Shown here in pieces: positions 8,720 to 19,071 of a stretch of DNA of 20,284 bases. The notes beneath the pieces were generated by a model. It was not told the DNA's origin. It saw only the letters and a program-made list of their open reading frames with translations, and did not search any database. Origin of the DNA: an uncultured Spirochaetota bacterium (GTDB lineage: Bacteria > Spirochaetota > Spirochaetia > SZUA-6 > Fen-1364); the NCBI GenBank assembly GCA_963745235.1, contig CAVUXE010000070.1:1-20284 (forward strand). Reading direction: 5' to 3'. Each line of letters begins with the position of its first letter. The first letter of the stretch is position 1. A program made the position numbers and the translations under genes.

Positions 8720-9610
8720 ATGGAAACAAATCCCAAGGGTACTTCGGGCATCATCTCAGATCTCATCGCACGCCTTCCGGGCATTCCCGCCGCCGAGCTG
8801 CTGAAAGTCCGAGCCCGCGGGTCACTCTCAACCGATGCCTACCGGCGCGCAGTCCGCGCCTTCCTGGCCTGGGCGGAACTTCGCTCTCCAACCGCTGAGC
8901 TCTTCGCCGCTTACATCGAGTATTCACGCCAAGCGGGGGCATCAGCCTCCAAGCTCAACCGCGACCTCTACGGCGGCAAGGCGGCCATTCTACAAGCCGC
9001 TCAGCGCCAGGGCATGAGCAGCCGCGAGCTTGCCATACTGAAAATTGCCCTGGACTCTATCCCTAGGGCAAAGACGAACACGCCCGAGATTAGGGTGATC
9101 TCACCCGTGGAGCGCGCGCGCCTGATCGCAGCGCTGCCCCTACGGGTGCGCCTTATCGCACGCTTCCTCTACGCGACCGCTGCGCGGGTTACCGAGGGCC
9201 TCAAGGTAAGGCTCACGGACCTCAAGGACGATGGAGACCGTGTACTCCTACGCTTCCATGGGAAGGGCTGCAAGGAGCGTTGGGTGAGAATCCCTGTGAG
9301 TTTGTTTGAAGAGATCGAGGGAGAGTATGGGAAGAAGGGGAGGGTGTACCTGTTCGAGAGCCACAATGGTGGCCCCTTCTCAAGACAATACGTGACGCGG
9401 GAGATTGCCAGGGCAGCCCGAAGGGTGTTGAATCGGCGGATCACAGCGCACAATCTACGGCACTCACGGGCCACGGATCTGTTTCAGAAGACCAGACGCC
9501 TCAAAGGAGTATCCGAAATGCTGGGCCACGCTTCCACCGCTACTACGGCGCGATTCTATGTGCGGGACTCTCTCACTGATGACGAGCTTTTCAACGGGGA
9601 GGGGTTGTAG
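8720..9610 (+). CDS. Tyrosine-type recombinase/integrase (XerC/XerD-like)
   Basis: Full catalytic set: R156 (YATAARVTE), K182 (GKGCKER), H244-x-x-R247 (HNLRHS), H270 (LGH), Y280 (TARFY). SAM-like N-terminus (TDAYRRAVRAFLAW). Confidence 0.93.
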   Translation: METNPKGTSGIISDLIARLPGIPAAELLKVRARGSLSTDAYRRAVRAFLAWAELRSPTAELFAAYIEYSRQAGASASKLNRDLYGGKAAILQAAQRQGMSSRELAILKIALDSIPRAKTNTPEIRVISPVERARLIAALPLRVRLIARFLYATAARVTEGLKVRLTDLKDDGDRVLLRFHGKGCKERWVRIPVSLFEEIEGEYGKKGRVYLFESHNGGPFSRQYVTREIARAARRVLNRRITAHNLRHSRATDLFQKTRRLKGVSEMLGHASTATTARFYVRDSLTDDELFNGEGL

Positions 9611-9763
9611 TGAAGGGAAAGGTGAACGGCAGAGTGCGGGATTGTTCGCTTGGCACACTTCTCCATTCGCCCCAGGTTTGATTTTGCATCCGGGGAGTGC
9701 ATTTCCTGCCGTGCAAATGCCGGTCGCACCCTGATGAAGATGTCACATCCTAAAGAAGACCAA

Positions 9764-9794
9764 CATGTTATATAATCTCATATTGTCTAACATG
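9764..9794. repeat. Imperfect inverted repeat resembling a tyrosine-recombinase core site
   Basis: CATGTTATATAAT-CTCAT-ATTGTCTAACATG; arms match at 11 of 13 positions; asymmetric spacer. Confidence 0.55.
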
Positions 9795-9914
9795 CGAGGG
9801 GAGTGGTCAAATGGACTCACCTGCCGGATCCCTGGACATCGTCGCACGTCGCACGCAAGCTTGGCGCGGTCTCTATAGATCACAGGCCAGTTAAGGACGC
9901 ACAGCTCCTGCCGG

Positions 9915-11442
9915 TTACTGATCCGAAGCTATCTTTTGCATAAGTGAGGCGGTATTCGCGTATAAATCACGGTAAACGCTGTAATGCAAGTCGTAATTTC
10001 GATTGCGAGGCAAACTAGGCCGTATTACGCGATCCATCTTTACCCAACCGTCAGCCGCCCCAATATTGGGAAAAAGCCCGACGCCTACTCCCGCGAGAAA
10101 AGCGTCTCCATAGCTATACCAATACGTTGTCGAGGGGTAATCTGTTCGATACCCGCAATATCACTAACAATTTGCATCCAAACGTCGTTGCTTGTCCCGC
10201 CTCCTACAGCAAATATGCGGACTGGATTTGCACCATCCGCCCTCATTTGTTCGATGTTGTGTCGTATACCAAAACCGACTGACTCAAGAAGGGCTCTATA
10301 GATGTCTGCCCGGGTGTGGTTAAGACCCAAACCAAATATCAGACCCTTGGCAGCTGGATCAGCGAAAGGCGTACGTTCGCCAGCGAAATACGGAAGGACA
10401 ACAAGTCCGTTGGCTCCAGGAGGCGAGCGCTGCCAGTCTCGAAAGGGCAGAATAGGCACTTTCACCTCCAGTTTTTTCGATTTGCACTTCTTCCGGTGCA
10501 AACTGGTCTCGAAACCATTTTGTTATGCTCCCAGCGGTAGCCATCCCGCCAGCAAGCATACATGTTCCTTTCTCAAGGAAGGGGCCACTCCAAAAAATGT
10601 GGCGTCATGTTTAGTCTCGTCGTGAGAAGTATAAAGAAGATACTGCTGCCGTACATGACCATCATGTCACCCGGCTTGGCTATTCCCGCGCTGATGGCTT
10701 CGGCGGCTGCATCGGCAGTTCCAGTAATTACGGGCGTACCTCCTACTAGGCCACTCAATCGTGCGCCTTCTGCCGTTACCCTACCTGCTATCTCGCACGT
10801 CCAAGTAAGACGGGGAAACACGTCTCGCGGAGCGACAAGCTGTTCAACGGCAATTTCCCATCTTTGGTTGACCGTATCCACAAATGGAGCAAAACCCATA
10901 GCGTCATAGATGTCGATCGTATTCTGGCCGGTCAGACGATAAAGCAGAAAGCCACTGCCATTTACTACCTGATACGTCTTTGCCCACACCTCGGGCTCGT
11001 TTGTACGGATCCAGAGAACTTTCGGCGAAGCCGATTGTGACGACAACCGGACGCCCGCACCACAAAGACCCTCGTCGGCATCGATCGCGCGTTGCAACTC
11101 AGCTATTTCCTTTACCGCTCGAGTATCGATTCCATAGAGAATAGCCTTACGAAGAGGTCGACCTTCGCGATCGATTGGCAAAACTGCAGGCGAGATTGCG
11201 CTAAAACCAATCCCTGCAATCTGGCGAGGCGAAATTCCGCTGCTTGTGAACAAATTGTTAGTTATAATTCGAAAGTCAGCCCACCAAGTATTCTCGGCGT
11301 CATGCTCGGCCCATCCCGGGATAGGCATTTCAAGATGGTGTTCGGTTGTGCTGTTAGCCACGACTTTCCCGGTCTCTTCAACAATCACGCCTTTAGACGA
11401 GTATGTACCAATATCAAACCCGAGCAGATACCTAAATTTCAT
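9915..11442 (-). CDS. FGGY-family carbohydrate kinase, three apparent frameshifts
   Basis: LLGFDIGTYSSKG, PGWAEHD, AILYGIDTRA, GTADAAAEA; then FWSGPFL..AGGMATAGSITKWFRD; then LPYFAGERTP..RALLESVGF..AVGGG; then SYGDAFLAG...MQKIASDQ ending at TAA 9917-9915. Breaks near 10595 (A6 run), 10425 and 10115. Confidence 0.9.
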
Positions 11443-12026
11443 GATCTGTGTCCTCTATATGATTTTCTACACAAGTTTGTGAACCGCCCCATGTTCGAAA
11501 GTCCATCACAGTGTACCGATCAATTCGCCTCAACCTCGAATTCGGCAACGTTCGATCGACCGCAGGTGATGTCCCTTGCACTTGCTAATATGAACACCGT
11601 GTAGCCAAAAAACCGATCTAAGTTTTCAGGCGAAGCGTTGCCAGCCATGGGGCAATGTCTGTCCGGTGCAATTAAAAAGCCGATTACGCATTGACGTGAT
11701 CGCCCTCAAGGACCTCCTGCGTTTGCGTTATCCGCTAAAACCGCCATGAGATCAGGAACTCAGAGGCCGCTTTGTCAAACAACAGTTAAAGAATCCGTCG
11801 CCTCTCGCGAAGAATTTCGCGTTCTCGCGTTCTTATCATTCAGTCAGCTCTATGCCCTCAAAGGCGCCTGTTTGCGGCTGTGAAAGTCCGATAGGCTCCT
11901 ACGCCTTGCTCGTTTGAAGCCAGCTATCCATATAATTAACTGGCCACTGGTACCTTGAAGAAGACGTCTATTAGCTGGTGCGGCTTCCATACCCGACCAC
12001 GGGCGCAACATGTACCGACCAGCTTT

Positions 12027-13105
12027 CTAAAGGAGTATCCTTCCATGGCTCATTATTAGTTTGTCGTCAAGGAAAACCTCGCCACCATCTCGCAAGTCTT
12101 TAACAATGTCCCAGTGAATCGCTGATTTGTTCGTGCCTCCGGTCGCAGCATATGCGCGTCCCAGTGCAATATGGATTGTGCCACTGATTTTTTCGTCCAG
12201 AAGGATATCGTTGGAGAAAAACTGAATGGCTGGGTTCGTGCCAAATGCGAACTCGCCTATACGACTCGCTCCGGACATCAGATTTTAGCACAGCTTGAAG
12301 GAAGTCTTCGCAGGTACTCGATGTAGCTTCTACCAGTACGCCACTTTCCCATCTCAAACGCAAATTTGATATAAAACGACCTCCCAAAACCGCAGGATGT
12401 TCAAAAAAGATTCGGCCGTTAACCGTCGACTCAACGGGAGACGTCGCGATCTCGCCGTCGGGCATATTCTGTCTACCGTCAGCTACTTCCCATTTTCGCC
12501 CTTGAACAGAAAACTTGAGATCGGTTTCATTTCCAACGATTTGAACCGTTCTTCCCGCATTCAAGAGAGCAGCCCAACGATTCCACTCTCCGCTCTCCTT
12601 GGTCCAGTCTAGTAGACAACCATTGAAAAAAGCGTCGATAGCTGTCTCCTCGTCAACACCCGCTTGCTGCGCCAGTGAGCCGTTCGGTACCCGAACCAAG
12701 CACCATCTAGTCTTTTGCCATCTAAGTGTTGAGATTCTTCCCATGGCGCTTCGAAGAGCCGAAAGTTTTTCAGAAGGAATGTCCCAAAAAACAGCAGGAT
12801 TGTGGGCTCCGCGTAGCCCAAAATAGACATTAGCCCAATCCATCCCATATGCCTCAATTTCAGGCACCCATTCGATCTGATCGGTTCCGCCATATTTCAG
12901 CAACATGCGGTTGAATTCTTCTGAAAGCATCTGAACCTGTGGATAGCCTCCGGCCCGGATGCACGCAGTGTAGACTGCGTTGACTAGTGGAAGTCTCAAT
13001 CTCTGTCATAGCAATCATAACCCTATCTTTTGGTTTAACTCCAGCCGATCGAACAACGAGCAACTCGCCAAGTTGTTCCCACCGTTTCTCCACTTTCATA
13101 TCCAT
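12027..13105 (-). CDS. M29 family (AmpT/AmpS thermophilic metalloprotease) aminopeptidase-like protein, two apparent frameshifts
   Basis: ELLVVRSAGVKPKDRV; NMPDGEIATSP; RIGEFAFGTN, ILLDEKISGTIHIALGRAY, NKSAIHWD (metal-ligand motifs). AAGGAG RBS before ATG 13105. Breaks near 12990 and 12278. Confidence 0.9.
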
Positions 13106-13138
13106 AAACTCCTTCGTATTCCCTAAATATCCAACGAG

Positions 13139-14192
13139 TTACGATTTGTTTCGTCCCAGGCGAACGACTTTGTTAACAACAAAGAATAGTATGAAGACAA
13201 TCCCCCACGCAAACTGTTTGAAGAACGAACTCCCTTGGGTTCCAGATAGTAGCATGTCAGACCCTGTAGACAAAATCTGAAAGATAAACAAAGAAAACAG
13301 TACTCTGATAACGCTGCCAATTCCGCGATCGGCACCTGACACAACCGCAATCAATATAGTGAGCAGAACATATGTCTGCGTGCCATATTCGAAAGAGACT
13401 GAACTCGTACGGCCCATTATTACGATTCCTGCCAAGGCACCAAAAAATCCGCTGACGGCGTAAAGCTTCCACGTAATTGTGAAGTTTTTAATCCCTGAAA
13501 ACTTTGCGGCAGTTGGGTTCGTTCCAAGCATTCGCACTTCATAGCCAAAGGATGTCCGGTTAAGGACCACGCCAATCACGACAGCTGCGATCAAAAACGC
13601 GATAAACGCGATTGGTATTCCGTCTAGTGTCCCGTTTCCAATCACTGAAACCTGCGTGGGAAACCCGGTAAGTGCCGTACCCTTTGTCAACCCCACCGTT
13701 ACCCCTTCGTACAACGTCATCGTGCCCAATGTTACTAAGATTGGCGAGATCCCCCAGCGGCCGATCAGGAATCCACTAAACGCACCGCATGCTGCTCCGA
13801 CAATCATAGCAGCAAGCAGGGAACTTGCCAAAACGATCCCGGCTTGCCAGTTCGAGGTCACAGCATGAGCGCTCATGAAATGCAATAACACAATTCCTGC
13901 TATTGTGGCTGATAGATTGGCATTGCCGTTGATTGATAGGTCGATGCCTCCAATTACGATCGTGAGCATCATCCCTAATGTCATCAAGCCAACTTCCGGG
14001 AAGCTGAATGGCCATGGTCGCCAATGCGGCGTTCGATAAGAAGCCTTTGGTAGTCACGCTGAAAAAGAGAACAACAATAATGCAAGCCGAAAGCAATACT
14101 AAGGTCTCGCTTTCTCGTCGCAAGGAAGCACCGACGCGAGTTGCTATCCCTTCTGTCCGTCTTCCCTTGAGCTTATTGCCCCAAGTTTTCAT
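13139..14192 (-). CDS. Sugar ABC transporter permease, one apparent frameshift
   Basis: MKTWGNK...ATMAIQLP, frameshift near 13998, then EVGLMTLGMMLTIVIGGIDLS, ISPILVTLGT, GTNPTAAKFSGI. Confidence 0.9.
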
Positions 14193-14207
14193 ATGGCAGC
14201 CTTGCGA

Positions 14208-15250
14208 TTACGAAAGCTGAGCGGTAACGCGGCTAGCCTTCGATATGCGACTCTTCGTAATCGCGGGAATCGCGATGAAAATAATCAAAGCCAATCCCGT
14301 GACCAGCCGTTGCCAATCGGCGGTAATCCCGAGATAGATGAGTACGCGTTGAATTTCTTCAAGCAGAACAACACCAAGGATTGCACCAATTACAGTTCCG
14401 CGACCTCCCCAAATCGAAGCTCCGCCAATAATTACTGCCGCAATTATATTCAGCACACGATCGCTGAAGTTTAGGGGCGAAAAATATTGATCTAGAGCGC
14501 CTGCTACGACGCCAGCAAAGGCCGCCAAGAAACCGATTAAGGCAAATAAGCCACGAATTAGCGCCTTCCAATTGTATCCGGTACGCGCCGCTACCTCTCT
14601 ATTGCCGCCAATACTATAGAGACCCCTGGCCAAAAACCGTATATTTTAGCAGAAACCAAATGCATAGGGCGAGGACTACGACATAAATAAGGGATACTTG
14701 AAGTCCTGAAGTCCCGGCGTGGGGATTTTTAACAGTAACTAGCACATGGGTCGAAAAACCCACCAAGCCATGCGGCATCTTAAAATTGTACACCGCCCCA
14801 ATGAAAAACAACGTAAAGCCATACCATAGTGCGTTGAAAGCCAGCGAAACATTAAAAATGGGAAGATCAAATTGGGAGATTAGGTAGCCCTCGAGAAAAC
14901 CCACAACCACTCCCAGAAAGCCGGGCGATCACAAAGTACAGCGCTATTCCTCCATTATATCCAAAGTGCAAGAGGAGCAAATGAGTGCCGAATGATGTCA
15001 TCGCAGCGATTGCAACGAAAGAAATATCAACTCCCCCCGAAATCAAGACCATTAACACGCCTAGAGCCAAGATACAGTTTGGAATGGTACTTCGCACAAC
15101 ATCAAATAGCGTCGCTAAAGATAGAAACGCGGCATTCCTTGCCCCAACAAGTACAGCCAGCATAACAATTAGAAGGAATACAATGCTCTCACGTGCAAGC
15201 ACTTTTTTGCTCCATGCAGCTTTTCGGTGCGCTGGCCGAGCTTTGGGCAC
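14208..15250 (-). CDS. Sugar ABC transporter permease, two apparent frameshifts; 5' part in frame with the upstream ATPase
   Basis: LGVLMVLISGGVDISF (in ORF 14867..16783), then ORF 14614..14910, then RGLYSIGGNREVAARTG and IIAAVIIGGASIWGGRG (14208..14633). Possible own GTG start at 15250 after AGGGGA. Confidence 0.85.
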
Positions 15251-15259
15251 CGATTCCCC

Positions 15260-16783
15260 TGAAACAGCCTTTACTTCGGCAGGTTGCTCAGAAATCAATT
15301 CTCTGCTCAACTCTTGCTCGTTCATCATCTCTCGTACAAATTCCCTCGCAATCCTTCCCTCTCGCATGAGAAGTACACGATTGCAAGTCTGCAATAGTTC
15401 GGGAACATCATCCGACACAAGAATTATGCCCATTCCAGCTCTAGTCAGCTCGCGTATTAGCCCGTGAAGGTCTGCCTTAGAACCTACATCCACACCCACA
15501 GTTGGAGCATTTAGAAGAAGTATTTTAGGATTGCTTGCAAGCCACTTGCCAAGTACCAGACGTTGCTGATTTCCACCTGACAGGCTGCTTGCCGGGAGCC
15601 GAGATGTAGGAGTTTTTATGTCGAGCTTACGAAGCCATTCGTCTGTTTTTTGCTCCTTCCTTTTGTCTAAAAGGAGTCCAATCTTATTGATTAGGCTATG
15701 TATGACACGCACAATAAGATTGTTAGATATCGACTGCTCGAGAAATAGGCCTTCACGTATTCGATCTTCTGGAACATAGCCTATTCCTCTAGCCACAGCA
15801 TCGGAAATGCTTCGCAATTTTTCCTCATTACCTTCGAGGTAGACTTTACCTGACATAGCAGGAAGTGCCCCAAATAGAGAAAGCGCAACTTCTGATCTGC
15901 CTGATCCGAGGACCCCTGTAATCCCCAGCACTTCGCCGGGTTTGAGTTGAAACGTGATATCGAAAAAGTATGGCGCAGCTGTTAGTTTTTCGACCCGCAG
16001 CAGAGGTAACGCATTTTCATCGCCTAAACTAAAAGATAGTGCGCCTGTATCTATCGTCCGTCCTGTCATGTAGAATGTCATGGTCGGAATGTCAAGGTCC
16101 CGAGTGCGCTCATCGAATACTTTTTCACCGTTTCGAAGAATAAGTGTATGCTCCGATATTTGTTTTATCTCGTTTAGTTTATGACTAACGAAGAGTATTG
16201 ATATCCCCTTTTTCTTCAAGTCGCCGATGATTTCAAATAGATAACGGATCTCGCGCTCTGTGAGAGCTGTCGTTGGCTCGTCCATAATGATTAGTCGAGC
16301 GTCTTGAAGGAGAGCCTTGGTGATCGCAATGATTTGTTGATCCGCTGTGGTAACTGTCTCAACTAGTGAATCCAGGTCAACCTCGACTCTGACCTTTGAA
16401 AGACCTTCTCTGGCGATTTCATTGACCTGTCTCCAGTTGACAAACCTTTCGCCACTGGAAATCAGGTGATCTACAGCTATGTTCTCCGCTACGGTCAAGT
16501 TTGGAAAAAGAGAGAAGTCCTGATAAATAACATGGATCCCCTCTCGTATCGAAGCAATTGGTGTTAAACGATCATAGTGACGACCATTGATGGCCAGGTC
16601 ACCCTCGTCCGGATTGTAGACTCCGGAAATTATTTTGATTATTGTGGATTTTCCTGATCCATTTTCTCCTACCAAGCAGGCAACCTCGCCTCGGTCGAGA
16701 GAAAAACTTACGTCGTTAAGAGCCTTCACACCTGAGAAGCGCTTACTCAGGTGCTTTACCTCAAGCAATTTATCTTCCATCAC
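15260..16783 (-). CDS. Sugar ABC transporter ATP-binding protein (two NBDs); no in-frame stop before the permease, so the 3' boundary is approximate
   Basis: GENGSGKST, IMDEPTTAL, VSHKL, YVPEDR, LSGGNQQR, LNAPTVGVDVG. Confidence 0.93.
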
Positions 16784-16817
16784 CCGAGAATCCTTATCTG
16801 CCTGCTGCTCGAAGTAA

Positions 16818-16847
16818 CGGCGAGGGAGGTCTCATCCCTCCCCGCCG
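16818..16847 (-). terminator. Intergenic stem-loop between binding-protein and ATPase genes
   Basis: CGGCG(A)GGGAGG...CCTCCCCGCCG: 11-bp stem with one bulge and no strong U-tract. Confidence 0.55.
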
Positions 16848-16883
16848 CCCTTGATTCTGTTCAAAAATAAGGATGTTTCAGCC

Positions 16884-17873
16884 TCAATAATTGTACTGAT
16901 CCATATTCTGAGGCGTGATCTTTATCCACGCCGATCCGTAGATCACTGGTACCCCATTGGAATTAGTAACGAGATGAATATGATTATACCCAGGGACTTT
17001 AAGGTCCATACCATCAACGATTTTTTCGCCTCTCAGAACTTTGAGAGCGACTACATTTGAGGCGTATCCTTGGGCAGCCGGATCCCAGCAGGTCGCCAAG
17101 CTGATCGCTCCGCTTTTTAGTAAGTCTCCAGAGTAAGAGACAATGCTCGTGCCAACGTCTGCGATTTTTCCATCCAGCCCAGCTTCCTGAATTGCACGAC
17201 CGGCGCCGGTGACGTCACCCGCAGCCGATCCCTCGACTCCCTTTACATCTGGATGACTCGCCAAGACGTCTTTCATGACGCTGTAGGCGACGTTTATGTC
17301 TTCCTTGCTTTCATACAGACCGATCCGATGCATCTCTGGATAGTGGTTTTTTTGATAAGCGAGAGCTGCATTCACCCATTCCATGTGGGAGTCGTTACTG
17401 AGTGCGCCAACAAACTGGATATAGTCTCCCTTCTCGTCCATACGCTTCGCGAGTTCTTGCATGATCATTTCGCCATATGCTTTGTTATCAAACGCCTCCA
17501 CGTCGTAGTTTGCGTCCTTTACATTGGCTGCTTCCATAGTCACTACGATTATACGGGCGTCCATCGCCTGCTTTTGGACCGCCTCTTGCTGCTCTACGCC
17601 ATAGGGGTCGTTCATGATTGCTGCTGGGTGCTGCGCGATCAAAGTCTGAATAATGTTGATCTGCTGAGCTGAATCCGCAACAGACGGACCCTGCATGAAA
17701 GCATTTGCGTTATTGTCCTTGCCGAACTGTTTGATCCCTGTCTCCATTCGCGTAAACCAGTTAAAAGCGATCGATTTGACAACCGTTGCAAATACCGGCT
17801 GTGGAGCCGCAATTGCAATCGATGTCACCACCGTTGCCAACAAAACCGCAACGATCAGGATTTTCTTGGCCAT
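16884..17873 (-). CDS. Sugar ABC transporter substrate-binding protein, LsrB/RhaS-like family
   Basis: Signal peptide MAKKILIVAVLLATVVTSIAIA; VVKSIAFNWF, QGPSVADSAQQ, WDPAAQG, DLKVPGY, C-terminal NMDQYNY. GGAGG RBS. Confidence 0.92.
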   Translation of the reverse strand: MAKKILIVAVLLATVVTSIAIAAPQPVFATVVKSIAFNWFTRMETGIKQFGKDNNANAFMQGPSVADSAQQINIIQTLIAQHPAAIMNDPYGVEQQEAVQKQAMDARIIVVTMEAANVKDANYDVEAFDNKAYGEMIMQELAKRMDEKGDYIQFVGALSNDSHMEWVNAALAYQKNHYPEMHRIGLYESKEDINVAYSVMKDVLASHPDVKGVEGSAAGDVTGAGRAIQEAGLDGKIADVGTSIVSYSGDLLKSGAISLATCWDPAAQGYASNVVALKVLRGEKIVDGMDLKVPGYNHIHLVTNSNGVPVIYGSAWIKITPQNMDQYNY

Positions 17874-18010
17874 GTACTAGCACCTCCTCCATTTGGTTTC
17901 GCATTGGTTGCGCTCAGCTAAAGACCACAAGTTAGACACCCATTTGATAGCATCACAAGTTTAACGTGTCGAATGTGATCAATAGCGCACGACCTTTGCT
18001 CTCTTTTGCG

Positions 18011-18039
18011 ATAATAGCACTACTTAAACCGTCTGTCAA
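18011..18039 (-). promoter_or_regulatory. Sigma70-type promoter (extended -10) of the right ABC operon
   Basis: Minus strand TTGACA (18039-18034), 17 nt ending TGC, TATTAT (18016-18011). Confidence 0.75.
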
Positions 18040-18053
18040 TCAAAAACTGATTG
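18037..18053. promoter_or_regulatory. Candidate operator between the divergent promoters
   Basis: Inverted repeat CAATCA-AAAAC-TGATTG overlapping the -35 of the leftward promoter. Confidence 0.4.
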
Positions 18054-18102
18054 TTTATTTAAGGCATTCGTGCATAATTTGACGCGTAAGCTCTTATTAG
18101 TA

Positions 18103-18131
18103 TTGACTTTTCCCAATGTCAGCATTACTAT
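18103..18131 (+). promoter_or_regulatory. Sigma70-type promoter of the DeoR-SgcQ unit
   Basis: TTGACT (18103-18108), 17 nt, TACTAT (18126-18131). Confidence 0.7.
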
Positions 18132-18294
18132 ATGAGCGGAATATGCTCGATTTTGGCAGTTAGGAAGGCGTTTCGCCATAGGGATGAGTCATATCTTGGA
18201 GGCTTTGCTATCAACGGTTGTAGACAAGGGAATGGGCACGCGAATTGGAAGCTTCGTGGTAGAACTTCCTTCCTGCGAATGACACATTTTGTCC

Positions 18295-19071
18295 ATGAAA
18301 CATTTTGAAAGAATACAGGAAATAGCGAGAATCTTCGAGGCGGAGGGCAACGCATCCACTGTCTTTCTTGCGAATACCTTTAACGTCTCCGAATCATCCA
18401 TTCGTCGAGACATTAATTACCTCATATCTTCCAACACGCGCGTGCATCTTAAGCGCGTCCATGGCGGGGTAATTCTTCAGGATAAAAGCCCGAAGGCGTC
18501 GAGTACATGTTCGAGGTGAAGCTTGCCTTGAACAGCAAACTGAAAATTGCGCTCGCGAAAGAGGCAAGCACGATATATTGAGAACGGTGACCACATCATA
18601 CTCGATTCCGGTTCTACTTGCTACTATCTAGCTCAACACCTGCATCACAAAAAAGGGCTATGCGCCATGACACTCGACGTGAAAATCGCCGAGGAACTCG
18701 GAAGGTATCGAGATATCGAATCCAGCATCATTGGCGGGCTGATACGTCCCGGTTACTACACCGTCGGCGGGATTCGCGCGCTGGAAAACCTGGATCAGTT
18801 CACGGCAAACAAAGTCTTCATGTCATTGGACGCAATCGACGTCGAACACGGAATCACCAACGCCTCCGAGTTCGAAGTTGGCGTGAAACAGAAGTTGATA
18901 CGGATGGGAAAGAATGTCTACGTTCTCGCAGATCATACTAAGTTCAATTCCCATACCCTATACAAGGTTGCCGACATTTCAGTCATCAACACTATCATCA
19001 CCAACAAAGAGCTGGACGAACACTACGCTGATCTTGTCCGTAGTAAAGGGGTCAACCTAATACTGGTATGA
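18295..19071 (+). CDS. DeoR/GlpR family transcriptional regulator with two compensating frameshifts
   Basis: HTH LANTFNVSESSIRRDI and RVHGG; linker EGVEYMFEVKLALNSKLKIALAKEA in another frame (about 18492-18567); then YIENGDHIILDSGST, IIGGLIR, LADHTKF. Confidence 0.92.

Noticed and set aside
8720-9610. Integron integrase or housekeeping xerC/xerD
   Set aside because: No obvious IntI-specific insertion before the HxLRH box, and the sequence lacks the typical XerC/D LRHSFATHLL motif; left as a generic tyrosine recombinase.
16884-17873. Canonical AI-2 (Lsr) quorum-sensing system, since an LsrB-like protein and an LsrK-like FGGY kinase are both present
   Set aside because: By-eye alignment to Salmonella LsrB from memory shows ligand motifs changed (TWDSD to TMEAA, TDQNQW to DSHMEW, APDA to GSAA). 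No LsrF, LsrG or SorC-type LsrR is present.
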